Part shown: positions 23,051-35,634 of the stretch, piece after piece
Layout: the number at the start of each line of letters is the position of its first letter
Position numbering within the stretch: the stretch's first letter is position 1
Origin: Squalus acanthias
Lineage: Eukaryota
Direction: 5' to 3'
Length of the DNA: 64,000 bases
Assembly (NCBI GenBank): GCA_030390025.1
Contig: CM059452.1
Location: 7,688,001 to 7,752,000 of the forward strand
Translations under genes and position numbers: made by a program
Notes under the pieces: model-generated
Database searches by the model: none
What the model was told of the DNA's origin: nothing
What the model saw: only the letters and a program-made list of their open reading frames with translations

Positions 23051-24208
23051 CGTTAGAATCTTTTTCTGATTCTTTCACTGTGCCTTCATTTGCTGCTCTC
23101 CGTTTCTCAGTCTGTATGTCCCCCTGTTGCTGCATCTGTTTCTCTCTCGCTGCCTTTCCCTCTGTTTCTCTCCCACCTTTTATCATCCACCCCTCTGTTG
23201 TCTCCCTGTAAATTCATTTATTTCCCTCCCGGTTTCTCTCTCATTTTTCTCACTGTCTCTCCATTTTACTCTCTCCGTCTCTCACTTAATTTCTCTCCCT
23301 GTATCTCTATCTGTTTATTTCCCTGTCTCTCCCTCATTTTCTGTCATTGTCTCTCCCTGTGTTTCTCTCCTTGTCTCTCTATCAATAACAGATTTGAAAA
23401 AGAGGTATTTACCCGAACGGGCCGCTAGGGGGTGCTTTGATGTGTCGCTAGTTTTCATTGCAGTGAAAATATCCAAGTGTTTCTTTAGGATTCCATTCCC
23501 GGTAGATTACACTCGATTAGGTGACGGTTACTGTTGTAGAGGGAGAGAGAATCAATACTGTGCACCAGTGCAAACAGCACAGGTCAGGTATATCCCGGCC
23601 CGGCCGCAACAAGCCTCAACCCCTCCCTCGTAAATTTCAAGACCTTCCCATCCAAAACCAAATGCGGCATTTACTCATTTTATGGGCTGTATTTGAATGG
23701 AGGAGAAATATTAACATTAACCCAACTGATCTGCTTGGTCCCCATCAAACACAATAGATCTCCATCCTTTCTGTCCCCACTGGATTCTAAACCAAGTCCC
23801 AGAGGGTGAAAGGTCAGTGTCTGACCCACTGACCCACTCAGTCCCCCATCAGAGGGAGAGGAGACCTTCATCCTCTTCCTGGGCTGGATATGAACCTGGT
23901 CCCAGAGGGTGAAATGTCAATGTCTGACTCACTGTCCCAGCAGCACTGCATGAGTTAATGGTAACCTTGGCTGTTATTCAAGAAGATCAATGTGAAACCG
24001 GGCCAACAGAGGGCGTGTCAGTTAGAATAAAGCGTCATCACTTGCATTGTTCCCTCGCCCTCAGTGAGGATATAAGAGATACTTACCATAATACCTGAAA
24101 ATCATATCATCATTAGAATAGCACATTAGCATATTAGAATATTCCCGAATTAAATCGATGTTCCACTAATACTCTGGGACCACCGAGCGCAGAAACTCGG
24201 AAAACGAA

Positions 24209-24606
24209 ATGAATGAAATTGTAACTTTCACTTTTTTGATTTTAGGTGAGTGTTTTGTGCAGAAAAGCGTTCACCATTAAAACATATTTCTTGTGTCTAA
24301 TTTTTCATCTCTTTTGTATCGACAGTTATCGGCGGCGAGGCTGTGATCCACCAACCACAGCAAGTGTTTTCACAAGAGGGACAATCGATTCAAATCCAGT
24401 GCAACGCGACCACCAGCGGCACTGATAGTATCTTCTGGTACAGACAACTACAGAATCGTGGCCCGAAATTTTTCATATCTGCTATCCAGGGCAACGCCAC
24501 TGATGGACGATTCAGACTCTTCATTGACCCAACAAGAAGTTATAACATTCTCGGTATGGACAGCACCGCGGTATCAGACGCTGGAGTGTATTACTGTGCA
24601 GTGAGG
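24209..24606 (+). CDS. TCR alpha-type V segment, intact; leader 24209-24245, V exon 24326-24606
   Basis: MNEIVTFTFLILVIGG-EAVIHQPQQVFSQEGQSIQIQCNATTSGTDSIFWYRQLQNRGPKFFISAIQGNATDGRF...DAGVYYCAVR; RSS CACCGTG-23bp-ACAATATCT (24607-24645). Confidence 0.9.
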
Positions 24607-25620
24607 CACCGTGTGACAAAGGCTGAGCGCCCCAGTACAATATCTCCTGCAGGTGCCTATCAGACAATCTCCACACCGCTCCTCTGCTCTCCTGAATGTG
24701 TTAACTCCTTTGTGGCGGTACAGTTCCACAGGCTCCATTCATTCGGTGAGAAAGGGTTAATCAGACTGTTCTAAAGTCTGTTAATGTTATATTGCTATTT
24801 CATATTGCAGTAATGTTAACCTTTAGCCTTTGCCTGTTAAATAGGGAAGTTTAAGTCAACTTAAATTATCACTGGCTATTGAGACAGGGCTGACCCCCAA
24901 GCAGTGTTTAGTTTAGTCACTTCAATTGCAGACGGATACCATTCATGGAATTATAGAATCAATGAATCATACAGCACAGGGGGAGGCCATTCGGCGCTTT
25001 GTTCCAGTGCCAGCTCGATGAAAGAGAAATCCAATTACTCCCACTCCCCGGCTCTTTCACTTTAGCCCAGTAAATTTCTCCTTTTCATGTTTGAAACATT
25101 GCTCAGTTACTTTATTTAAGAAAATGTATTAAATTAACAGATTTGGCAATAGCGGCATTAAATTCAAATGCAAGTTGTGTTTTATTTTAAATGTTATTAT
25201 GAATTATTAAGGTATTTTAAATGTCAAGATGTTGTAGCTAGTTTTACTGAGCAGCTCGCCTCAATATCACTTATCCCATTTCCTGCTTTCTCCCTCCCAT
25301 TCTACTCAAACCTATCATTCACTCCCCATTTCATTCATACAAGACGTGCCGTTTGTCTAATTTACCGCATCGTTGTGTTCAAATCCCTCAGGACCCGCTG
25401 GCCGTCTTAACCCCCCTTTATAACGGCGGTGGGTAAGTCGTGGGTCAGTGAGCAGCTCTTTTAATGGGAGCCTCCGGCACTGCTGCCAGAACAACATGAA
25501 CTATTTCCCTTCACTGCCGCCACCTCACAGACTGACCCTGTTAAAGGGCCAAAATTGGGTTTATTCCCCGCCCAGTTCTCTGTTGTGAGGAGATTTCACT
25601 CCGATCCCTGCTCCCCGCTC

Positions 25621-25845
25621 TGACGTCATGAATTGGAGAACAAATGATTTATGAGCCGATTGGATCAATTTGAAAACAAAGTCGCTGAGATGATTGGATG
25701 ACTTGGAGAGCAAAGTACCCGTGAGCTGATTGGATTAATTAGAGAAAACAGGATCTGTGACTTGATTGGACGACTTGGAGAACAAAGGATCCGTGAGCTG
25801 ATTGGATACCACCTGCTGACTCTGTCAGGAATAAACCAATCGGCA
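25621..25845 (+). promoter_or_regulatory. V promoter: CRE (TGACGTCA) followed by a tandem array of CCAAT boxes
   Basis: TGACGTCA at 25621; ATTGG at ~25632, 25659, 25693, 25729, 25765, 25801 (~35-bp period); paralogs at 47711-47860 and ~51950-52090. Confidence 0.6.
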
Positions 25846-25943
25846 GAGAGACCGGATATTACTCAGCATCTTCCGAACTCTTGAAAAAGACAATTACAGG
25901 TTCAAACCGTTCTGTTCAAATGCGCCATCAACTCTCTGCAAAC

Positions 25944-26456
25944 ATGTTGGCTGTTACTTTTTCTTTATTCCTCACAGCTGCAGCTCTCTTAACTGGTAAA
26001 GTTTACAAGTTTCGCAGTTTCCCTCTTGCAGGTGTCTTTGACATCACTTTAACAGCGTTTTCTCTCTATTTCCTATGGTTATTCGGTATGATATTAATAG
26101 TAAAACGATGATAAAACTTACAGTTTTATATTTCTAAATTTCTGCAGGAGTTAGTTGTGCAGACTCGGTCTCACAGGGACCGCTTGCAGCGATGCAGTTT
26201 GAAGGAGACTCGGTGACCATTAATTACAGTTATTCGATCACTGCTAATTCGTATTCCTTACAACTGTACCGTCAGGACCGCGACAAAGGCCCCACATTGC
26301 TGATCTATATCCCTTCCTACGGGGATGTTTTCAGAGCAGAGGACGCGGGGGCTCGATTTTCCGCATCTCTCGACACTTTGAAAAGTGAGGGGAATTTCAC
26401 CATCGGCGGCCTGCGGCTGTCTGACAGCGCGGTGTATCACTGCGGGCTGAGAGTGA
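25944..26456 (+). CDS. TCR alpha/delta V, open frame but Cys23->Tyr and Trp41->Leu; leader 25944-25995, V exon 26148-26456
   Basis: MLAVTFSLFLTAAALLTGVSCA-DSVSQGPLAAMQFEGDSVTINYSYSITANSYSLQLYRQDRDKGP...LSDSAVYHCGLRV; RSS CACAGTG-23bp-ACAAAAACA (26457-26495). Confidence 0.88.
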
Positions 26457-26924
26457 CACAGTGACAGGAACCAGAGGGAGCCTCGTACAAAAACACTGCG
26501 GAACGTGACAAGGTCAACAGGATAGCGGGCAGTGTGGGGAGAAACGGGGACTGTTAGTACTTCTCACAGGAGAGTGTCCGTGAAAAAACAGACAAATCAA
26601 TCGCTATCCAACTAACAATTCAGAACTTGAATAATGTTTAATATTAATAAAAATAATCTTGCTGTTAATTTCATAATAAGTTGTTTGATTGGACAATGCT
26701 TCCAATCTCTGTTCATGTAATGGACACCTCAACTTTCAATCTTAGTGAAACAAATATAAAACCAGTTCTCATTCAGTGTCAGAATCGCACTCCGACCTGG
26801 CGCTCCAGTCGGCAGGAAATGAACTGAACGGAGGGGACACATTCAGTAACGATTTAATAACACATTGAGGGGACAAAAACATTCAGAACAACTCTGACCC
26901 CGTGAGTCTCATTTCCTACCGACC

Positions 26925-27228
26925 TTTGCGGCTGCCCGGGGCGCTGACTGTCTCTTTACACATAATGTGCAGCACCGCTTGTTTTCAAGGTGCAGTTTAG
27001 TGTGACATTACTTTCCTCTTCAACCGTCATTTCAGGAACCGGCTGTTCCACTGTGTCTTGGTGGCTCCATTCTGACATAAAATAATAGTAATTATCATCA
27101 CCATCATCACTTGACTAATAATAACGTCTGGGTTGTAGCAATCAGGGGGAGAATGGATTTTTAGTGGGAAGGAAATACTTCCTGAGAAGTGATATAATGA
27201 TGAGGAGCGGTGCGAGACGGTTCAGCAT
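26925..27228 (-). pseudogene. 3'-truncated V pseudogene (WSHQDTVEQP family)
   Basis: Leader 27183-27228 with mutated donor (ggaagt); exon from 27071 WSHQDTVEQPVPEMTVEEESNVTLNC...YV*; ends in FR2, no RSS. Confidence 0.82.
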
Positions 27229-28890
27229 GACGCTCCCTGAGTCTGTAACTCTGTAGTCCGGGAAATCGTCTCTCGGAATTCAAATACAGATCTCCGGACC
27301 ACTGCACTGCTGGTCCACCCAATGCTAAAGAGAGAACAGCGGCAGCTATAGATTTATGTAAAGTGACTGTCGGCAGATCGAGGCCGAGAGAGGCTCCTGG
27401 AGAAGACAGCGCTGTGTGTATCAATCTAAGCTTGACACCAAGACACTGTGCCCGTTACACACGGGTCTCTGGGACTCAAAAAGTGAGCCTGTGGGGGAAG
27501 CTCCGGGCTCAGCATTGATGGGGATTGGGGAGGGGTATAGCGCATGCGCCAGAGCATCCACGCGCCATCCTGAAGCAAATGAGAAGAGAGAGAGCACAAA
27601 TAGTGAACAATGTTCTGAGATCAGCTCAAAGAGGACCACTTAAACCCGGCCACCAGGTGGCGCTGACAGGCAGCTGCTTCCCACCTCCGGTCACGTTGCA
27701 TCAACCAATACAGACTGACATTCTTTTAAATATAAATTAAGAAGAAATTCCTTTTCAACTCTTAGATTTCTGTTCATTGATATTATATCGTCACTGACAG
27801 TGTCACAATTTCACGCATTACTTGACTGTAAATGAGCTTGTCACCTCCAGTTGACAGTTTCGAATTAAATACCTTTCTCATTAATAATTACAATTCGAAA
27901 TTGGTTGGGATTATGTTATATTACCCAACATCTGCTTCCAACCCCATAGTTTAATCCCAGCTCAGTGATGAAGATGCTTGTAGCTAATATAATAACTGCA
28001 AATCCTTTCGCGAGCCTGGGGATAACACAGTTCTTATAGAGAAGCGGAGTTACATAGTTTCCAAAGGGTACATTATTATTGATGTAATTTCCTTGCACAT
28101 GTATTGTCTGTGTGTTGTACGGCTGAATGCTGCAATTAAACAAACGGCGCCAACAGATATTAAATCCGTTTGACCCAGTCAATGTGAACATCCCTTGTAA
28201 AGTGACCCCAGATCCTGGCGAGTATTCCATTTATTCTCCACTGCATTCCCTGCACGTGTGGGCCCTTTACTCCTCCCAGCACCCTTTTATATTCACCCTT
28301 AGCTATTTCAACACCACTTATGATGTATGTATGTTCTTCATTGTTCCTTCTCATGCACAATACCTCACACTTTTTCTAGATTAAGTTTCATCGAACATAA
28401 TGGTCTGTATTTTTCTCTCTCTCGGTGGGTGAATCCATTCAACGGGACCGCTAATGTTCAGTTCTCCCTTGTATTCGGTAGCCCCAAGTACCTTATCAAT
28501 TAATCTGTCTGACAAACTGCTCACCCCAGTCACCCCACCAGAAAAAGAGGCTCCATCCCCATTGTCTAGGCTGCATTTGAACACAGAGTCCCAGAGGGTG
28601 AAAGGTTGGCTTCGGAGTCATTGCAAGGACCTGATTTCCCCCACCAGAGTGAACAGGCACCAATCGCTTTTGATGTTTACAAAGTCCAACCAGCCCGAAT
28701 ATCGGCTGTGTCGGTGAGAAAGACGACAGCCGTCTGATAATTGGATGCTGAGGAACAAAGATATAAGAGGCGGCCGCCTTTGCCAGTCGCTGGCAAATTA
28801 AAAAATCGGTTATCGAATTGATTAGTGATACAGACGGATTTTCAGACAATCGATATCGCGGGAATTTCAGAACCAATATCCTGAAATGCG

Positions 28891-29287
28891 ATGCATCGAA
28901 TTGGGACCGACACCTTTTTATTGTCATGTGACTATTCTGAATGAAGATTGGATTGTAAAATAAAACTATTGAGCGTGTTGCATGTTCGCCTTGTATTAGC
29001 AGGGGTCCGTGGTGAGGAGGGATTTCCCAAACCGAGCAGGTGACGGCGGTGGAGGGACAATCGGTTCAAATCCGGTGCGATGCGACCACCAGGAACAGCG
29101 ACAGGGTTTCGTGGTACCGGCAAATACCGGGTCGGGCACCGGAATTTACAATCTCCGCCTATCAAGGTAATGCAACCGACGGGAGCGGAGGGTTCGATTT
29201 GTTTGTTGACAGAAGAGGAGTTATAACATTTTCGGTGTGTGGGAAACCGCGGCTCCAGACTCCGGGGTGTATTACTGTGTGAACACG
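28891..29287 (+). pseudogene. V pseudogene (24.3 kb family); V exon 29003-29287
   Basis: EGQSVQIRCDATT...WYRQIPGRAPEFTISAYQGNATDG with frameshifts in FR1 and FR3; RSS CACATTG-23bp-ACAATAAGT (29288-29326); probable leader 28891-28927. Confidence 0.85.
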
Positions 29288-30530
29288 CACATTGGGGCAA
29301 ACGGTCAGACATCCTGTACAATAAGTCTCCTCTATCTCAATCATCGAGATCAGGACTGTTAACCTCACCATCTTGGGTCCCCCATTAGAAAACAAACATT
29401 CAGAATTGTAGTATTGCCATTTAGTGTCACCTGACAAAGATCTACAGGGTTAAAGAAAGGGTTAATGGTGTCGCCACTTTAAGTGGACGCACTTGTAAGA
29501 ATCCCTCAGGGACTGGGCTACCCAGCAACCGGGATTTCACTGGGATACATCAAAGAGGGTGGTGTCATATTATTAAATACTCACTAAGGAAGCTACACAC
29601 AGTCGTCAGGACAACTAGGGATGGTCAATAAATGCTGGTCTTGCCAGCGACGCCGACGTCCAGAGAATGAATTAAAAAAACTTAAAATAACATTTTATGG
29701 CATTTTCAGTTTTATTATTTTGTGTCACTTCAAAGGAAATAAATGAAAATGGAAGTTACTACAATATTTAGCTCCGTGGTGATTTAATTTCTCCCTGCAG
29801 TAAACATCCTGTTCACATTAAAATAAATAGGAACAAAATACAAATAATTCAGAGAATTAATACTTAGTTTGACAAATTCGACAAATACGCATTTACCCAA
29901 AGCCACCACCAGGTGGCGCGCCTGTCTGTCAGGAGCTTTCACATTGATATCGGACTGAAAGGACAATCAAAAATTTGCGTTTCCGTTTGTCTTATACAAC
30001 GAAAGCATCGAGACCAAAGACAGGACGGAGGTCACGGTAACTATAAAGAGGACGGATAAGAGAAGGAAATATGAGGTAAATATTCATTTAAAGGAGTAAA
30101 GAAGGGGAATGATTTAGGGGTTCAGATACAGAAAGTTTGGAAGAAGTTGATGATGCTGTAAAATTCTATGATTCTGAGACCACGATGACCATTTGAGATA
30201 GAAATACGAAAGAGATCAAATATTCCTGAACAAGTTAATTCGTCGTTACACACAGCGACCAGTGGAATTCCTTCCCAGTGACGATTCAAGGGGTCTCTGG
30301 TTTGACAGACAGCCAATCCCCGAGTGGGACTGTGAATGACGTCAGGGGACAACATCCCATAATAGGCCGATTGGTGAGAATGTCGCCCATCAGTCTCACA
30401 CTGTACGGGGTGAAAGTGAAGCTCTCCCCTCTCCGCCCCCTCCCAACCATTGAAAGTCCGGGACTCGGCAACAAGGTCTAGTCTGGAAATCAGACCCTGA
30501 TTGATCCGCCCTTTGTCCATCTTCATCGTC

Positions 30531-30958
30531 ATGAGCAGGAACCTCGGCAAAGACCTGTTTGCAGTTGGAGCCCTGGTGCTGTTGATGTTGTGTGAGTTCA
30601 TTGATCAGCTCAGACGCCTTGTTTCATTAATCTCTTAATAGCTTGTGGTTGTTGAGTGAGTTTGTTTTGTTCACAGCCGTTCGGTGTGAGGATCGGATCT
30701 CACCCGCTGAGCAGGTGGTTTCTCGGGAAGGGGAACGGGCTGAACTGGACTGCCGGCTCTTCTTTGGTACTGTGGATACGGTAGTCTGGTACAGACAAGC
30801 ACTGGCGGGGGCGCCGACATTTATCGGTTCCATATACGAGGGGAATAAGACTACAGGACGTTACAAACTCTCCTTTGACCGAGTGAAGAAGTCTAACACC
30901 ATCTCTATACACGGCACCTCGGCCAGAGACGCCGGAGTGTATCACTGTGCGGTGGGGA
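30531..30958 (+). CDS. TCR alpha-type V segment, intact; leader 30531-30591, V exon 30677-30958
   Basis: MSRNLGKDLFAVGALVLLMLSVRC-EDRISPAEQVVSREGERAELDCRLFFGTVDTVVWYRQALAGAP...DAGVYHCAVG; RSS CACAGTG-23bp-ACAATATCC (30959-30997); CRE at ~30337. Confidence 0.92.
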
Positions 30959-31231
30959 CACAGTGAGGCAAAGAGCGGCTCCAGCTGCACAATATCCTGT
31001 TCGCTGCCGAGTCTCCGCTGCACCCTTAACCTTTCCTCAAATCAAGTACTTTAGAAATGCCGGTGACAGTCAGAAATGTTAGATTCCCGTGTTCAAACTT
31101 CATCTGGATAAAGTTACAACATCTTATAGTTATAACTACAGAGACAGTAAATCGAAACATATTAACTAAGATTTTCTATGTTTGGTTGTACAACATACAG
31201 AGTAAATAGATGGACAGACAAAGATCTCCGC

Positions 31232-31308
<77 letters not shown>
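31232..31308 (+). repeat. (GATA)n microsatellite
   Basis: ~19 perfect ATAG units. Confidence 0.98.
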
Positions 31309-31309
<1 letters not shown>

Positions 31310-31393
31310 TCGTTAATTCTGTCTGTATCCACTCAATTTGTTACATTCTCCTTGCATGTATCATTATGTTAATTCTTGTTCTTGGTTTGGCAG

Positions 31394-31674
31394 CTGCTCC
31401 TTGTCACTCGGAGACATTCCAAATATCGGTTTATCGGGGAACCGAAGCACAAACCATTTCGCTTCATCACAAGGCTACTTTCACTACAAATGAGTTCGTA
31501 TTCTGGTACCGGCAGTTCTCCAATCAAGCTCTCGAGTATCTCAGCTCCACATTCAGAGAAGAAAGAGTTGAGGACAGGTTTAAAGTGTCTGTGGACCGTG
31601 AGAAAGGCTCCACCACTCTCACCGTTAACACGGCTCGCCTGTCAGAGGCCGCGCTGTATTACAGTGCGGTGAGA
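31394..31674 (+). pseudogene. V pseudogene: open frame, both canonical Cys lost, defective RSS
   Basis: TISLHH (Cys23->His), FWYRQ, AALYYSAVR (Cys104->Ser); heptamer CAGGGTG-23bp-ACAAGAACT; no intact leader seen. Confidence 0.82.
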
Positions 31675-31924
31675 CAGGGTGAAACAAAGAGGTGAGGAGC
31701 CTGGACAAGAACTCACTCATCGCGGGGACCGAGGTGAATCCCGGCCCACGGGTTTCAGAAGCGAGAGCGATACAAGTACAATCAGTAACAACGTAATTAA
31801 AATGAATAAAATGCATCCTCAGAGTCAATTAATATAATATGATTTACTGTTTATTTGGAAATACAATTGCATTTTTGTCACAATTTCACACATAATCGGC
31901 CCTCTCGCTTATCGCTCCCGCAAT

Positions 31925-32540
31925 GTACCTGCCCTTGGACTGTTTGTTAGGACAGTGTAGAGGGAGCTTTACATTGTATCTAACCCGTGCTGTACCTGCC
32001 CTGGGAGTGTTTGATGGGACAGTGTAGAGGGAGCTTCACTCTGTATGTAACCCGTGCTGTACCTGCCCTGGGAGTGTTTGATGGGACAGTGTAGAGGGAG
32101 CTTTACTCTGTATCTAACCGGTGCTGTACCTGCCCTGGGAGTGTTTGATGGGACAGTGTAGAGGGAGCTTTACTCTGTATCTAACCGGTGCTGTACCTGC
32201 CCTGGGAGTGTTTGATGGGACAGTGTAGAGGGAGCTTTACTCTGTATCTAACCGGTGCTGTACCTCCCCTGGGAGTGTTTGATGGGACAGTGTAGAGGGA
32301 GCTTTACTCTGTATCTAACCCGTGCTGTGCCTGCCCTGAGATTGTTTGATGGGACAGTGTAGAGGGAGCTTTACTCTGTATCTAACCCGTGCTGTACCTG
32401 CCCTGGGAGTGTTTGATGGGACAGTGTAGAGGGAGCTTTACTCTGTATCTAACCCGTGCTGTACCTGCCCTGGGAGTGTTTGATGGGGCAGTGTAGAGGG
32501 AGCTTTACTCTTTGTCTAACCCTATGGGATTGTTTGATGC
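31925..32540. repeat. 67-bp minisatellite (~9 copies)
   Basis: Unit GTAGAGGGAGCTTTACTCTGTATCTAACCCGTGCTGTACCTGCCCTGGGAGTGTTTGATGGGACAGT; ~2 inverted copies at 4755-4885. Confidence 0.95.
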
Positions 32541-33633
32541 GCAATATTGACAAAAATGAACTTGACGAGGAATATATCAAACACCATATAGTGTTGATTC
32601 AACATTCAGATTTATCTTCAAGAGCCAAATGTTAATCACCGTTGCTTCATTGAGTTACTTAATTGTGCTTGATCTCCATATCGGATGATTAGAAATGTCG
32701 AATAACTTCCATTTTTGTGAAATTAACAATCGGAAATGATCAAATGTGGAATTATTAATGTAAAGTCCATCTAATTTATGCAAATGAACAGGTATTAATT
32801 TAGTGAGTTGGGTCTGCCAGAAAACTGACACAAGTAATCTCAGAATTTATATAAACAGCAACGGTCGTAAAAGCAAAGCTATAGAATAGCAGCAGTTACA
32901 TTAATAATAACAAAATATTAACAGTAATAAACTGGCATAATAATAATCCAGTATAATCACGCTGCAGTATTCGTTAATAAATTGAGAATCAATGTTTCAC
33001 AGGGATGATTCTATTTACCTCCTCTCGCCACTGGATGGCGCTACAGCACCTCATCTTTGCCCAACACTTACAGAGCCGTCAGCTCAACGGTTTCACATGT
33101 GACAGCTGGGGATTCCAGGAAATACTTCTGTGTCTTAACACCGCAAACAGCGGTGTATTTAGGGCAAGAGCCGCACATAAACTGCAGGTGTTACGGCACT
33201 GGAGACTGACAGCGAACTCTCCGTTTCACTGTATTTCATGGCCTACAGTCACTGTGAGCTCCGATGAGGGAGGATAACAATTCTTCAATCCAAAATGTTT
33301 CCTCAGTGTGCCATAAACAGTCAGTTGTGTAGATCATACACTAGGCCCTGTCTCAGCTATTACTGCACCAGGACATGTCTATCTATATTACACTAGGCCT
33401 TTTCTCAGTTATTACTGCACTAGACCATGTCTCTGTTTACAGTACACTCGGCCCTGTCTCAGTTAATACTGCACTAGACACTGTCTCTGCATATATTAGA
33501 TTAGGCCCTGTCTCAGTTATTACTGCACTGGACACTGCATATGTTTGCATTACGCTGGGCCCTGTCTCTATTATTACTGCACTAGACCATGTTTCTGTTT
33601 ATATTACACTAGGCCCCTTCTCAGTTATTACTT

Positions 33634-35212
33634 TTTTTTATTCGTTTATGCGATGTGGGCGTCGCTGGCAAGGCGAGCATTTATTGCCCATCCCTAGTTG
33701 CCGTTGAGAAAGTGGCGGTGAGCCGCCTTCTTGAAACGCTGCAGTCCGTGTGGTGATGGTACTCCCACAGTGCTGTTATGTAGGGAGTTCCAGGATTTTG
33801 ACCCAGCGACGATGAAGGATCAGCGATATACTTCCAAGTCAGGATGGTGTGTGACTTGGAGGGCAACTTGGAGGTGGTAGTGTTCCCATGCGCCTGCTGC
33901 CCTTGTCCTTCTAGGTGGAAGAGGTCGCGGGTTTGGGAGGTGCTGTCGAAGAAGCCTTGGAGAGTTGCTGCAGTGCATCTTGTAGATGGTACACACTGCA
34001 GCCACGGTACGCCGGTGGAGGAGGAAGTGAATGTTTAAGGTGGTAGATGGGGTGCCAATCAAGCGGGCCGCTTTGTCCTGGATTATGTTGAGCTTCTTGA
34101 GTGTTGTTGGAGCTGCACTGATCCAGGCAAGTGGAGAGTATTCCATCACACTCCTTACTTGTACATGTAGGTGGTAGAAAAGATTTGGGGAGTCAGGAGG
34201 TGAGACACGCGCCGCAGAATACCTAGCCTCTGACCTGCTCTTGTTGCCACAGTATTTATGCGGCTGGTCCAGTTAAGTTTGTGGTCAATGGTGACCCCAG
34301 GATGTTGATGGTTGGGGATTCGGCGATGGTAATGCCATTGAATATCAAGGAGTGGTGGTTACACTCTCGCTTGTTGGAAATAATCATTGCCTGGCACTTC
34401 TGTGGCGCGATTGTCACCTGGCACTTATCAGCCTAAGCCTGAACCTCGTCCAGGTCTTGTTGCATGCGGACATGGGCTGCTTCATTATGTGAGGAGTTGT
34501 GAATGGCACTGAACACTGTGCAGTCATCAGCGAACATCCCAATTTCTGACCTTATGTTAGAGGGAAGGTCATTGATGAAGCAGCTGAAGATGGGTGGGCC
34601 TAGGACACTGCCCTGAGGAACTCCTGCAGCGATGTCCTGGGGCTGTGATGATTGACCTTCAATCACCACAAACATCTTCCTTTGTGCTATGTTAGACTCC
34701 AGCCAGTGGAGAGTTTCCCCCCCGATTACCATTGACTTCAGTTATACTAGGGCTCCTTCATGCCACACTCGGTCAAATGCTGCCTTGATGTCACCTCTTC
34801 TCTGGAATTGAGCTCTGGTGTCCATGTTTGGACCAAGGCTGTAATGAGGTCGGGAGCCGAGTGGCCTTGGCGGAATACAAACTGGGCATCAGTGAGCAGG
34901 TTATTGGTGAGTAAGTGCCGCTTAATAGCACTGTCGATGACACCTTCCATCACTTTGCTGATGATTGAGAGTCGACTTATGGGGCGGTAATTGGCTAGAT
35001 TGGATTTGTCCTGCTTATTGTGGACAGGACATACCTGGGTAGTTTTCCACATTGTCGGATAGATGCCAGTTTTGAAGCTGTAATGGAACAGCTTGGCTCG
35101 AGGCGCGGCTATTTCTGGAGCACAAGTCTTCATCGCGATAGCCGGGATGTTGTCAGGGCCCATAGCCTTTGCTGTATCAGATGCGCTGAGCCGTTTCTTG
35201 ATATGATGTGGA
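33634..35212 (-). mobile_element. Non-LTR retrotransposon (CR1/L2-like RT), 5'-truncated, decayed
   Basis: [37 protein letters not shown] motifs; A-rich tail at ~33632-33640; same family at 56848-57172 and 63273-64000. Confidence 0.92.
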
Positions 35213-35494
35213 GTACTGCACCAGAACATGTCTCTATTACACTAGACACTGTCTCAGTTATTACTGTACTGGATCATGACTCTGTATATATTACACTAGA
35301 CCCTGTCTCTGTTTATATTACACTAGACCCTGTCTCTGTTTATATTACACTAGAACCTGTCTTAGTTTATATTACACTAGACCCTTTCTCTGCTTATATT
35401 ACACTAGACCCTGTCTTAGATAATATTACACTAGACCATGTCTCTGTTTATATTACACCAGACGATGCCTCTGTTTATATTGGCCTCATAACAA

Positions 35495-35632
35495 TCATAG
35501 TAAATCATGATGTGGAGATGCCGGTGTTGGACTGGGGTGGACAAATGTGACAAGTCGCACAACACCAGGTTATAGTCCAACAGCTTTATTTGAAATCACA
35601 AGCTTTCGGAGCGCTGCTCCTTCGTCAGGTGA
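35495..35632 (-). mobile_element. Penelope-like element terminal-repeat fragment
   Basis: Non-satellite insert carrying a minimal hammerhead core followed by AATAAA and CTGTTGGACTATAACCTGGTGTTGTG, a layout I recognise from fish/shark PLE repeats. Confidence 0.65.
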
Positions 35633-35634
35633 CC
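35594..35634 (-). ncRNA. Minimal type I hammerhead ribozyme motif
   Basis: Minus strand: ggucac-CUGACGA-a-ggagc(agc)gcucc-GAAA-gc-UU-gugauu; both catalytic boxes, 5-bp stem II, stem I cac/gug (extendable), palindromic AAGCUU in place of stem III. Confidence 0.7.

Noticed and set aside
27385-27445. EDSAV-like fragment and a nearby CACTGTG
   Set aside because: No YYC, no upstream V framework, no nonamer.
33225-33270. J-like peptide WPTVTVSS near a CACTGTA
   Set aside because: No W/F-G-x-G motif, no GT donor, no nonamer.
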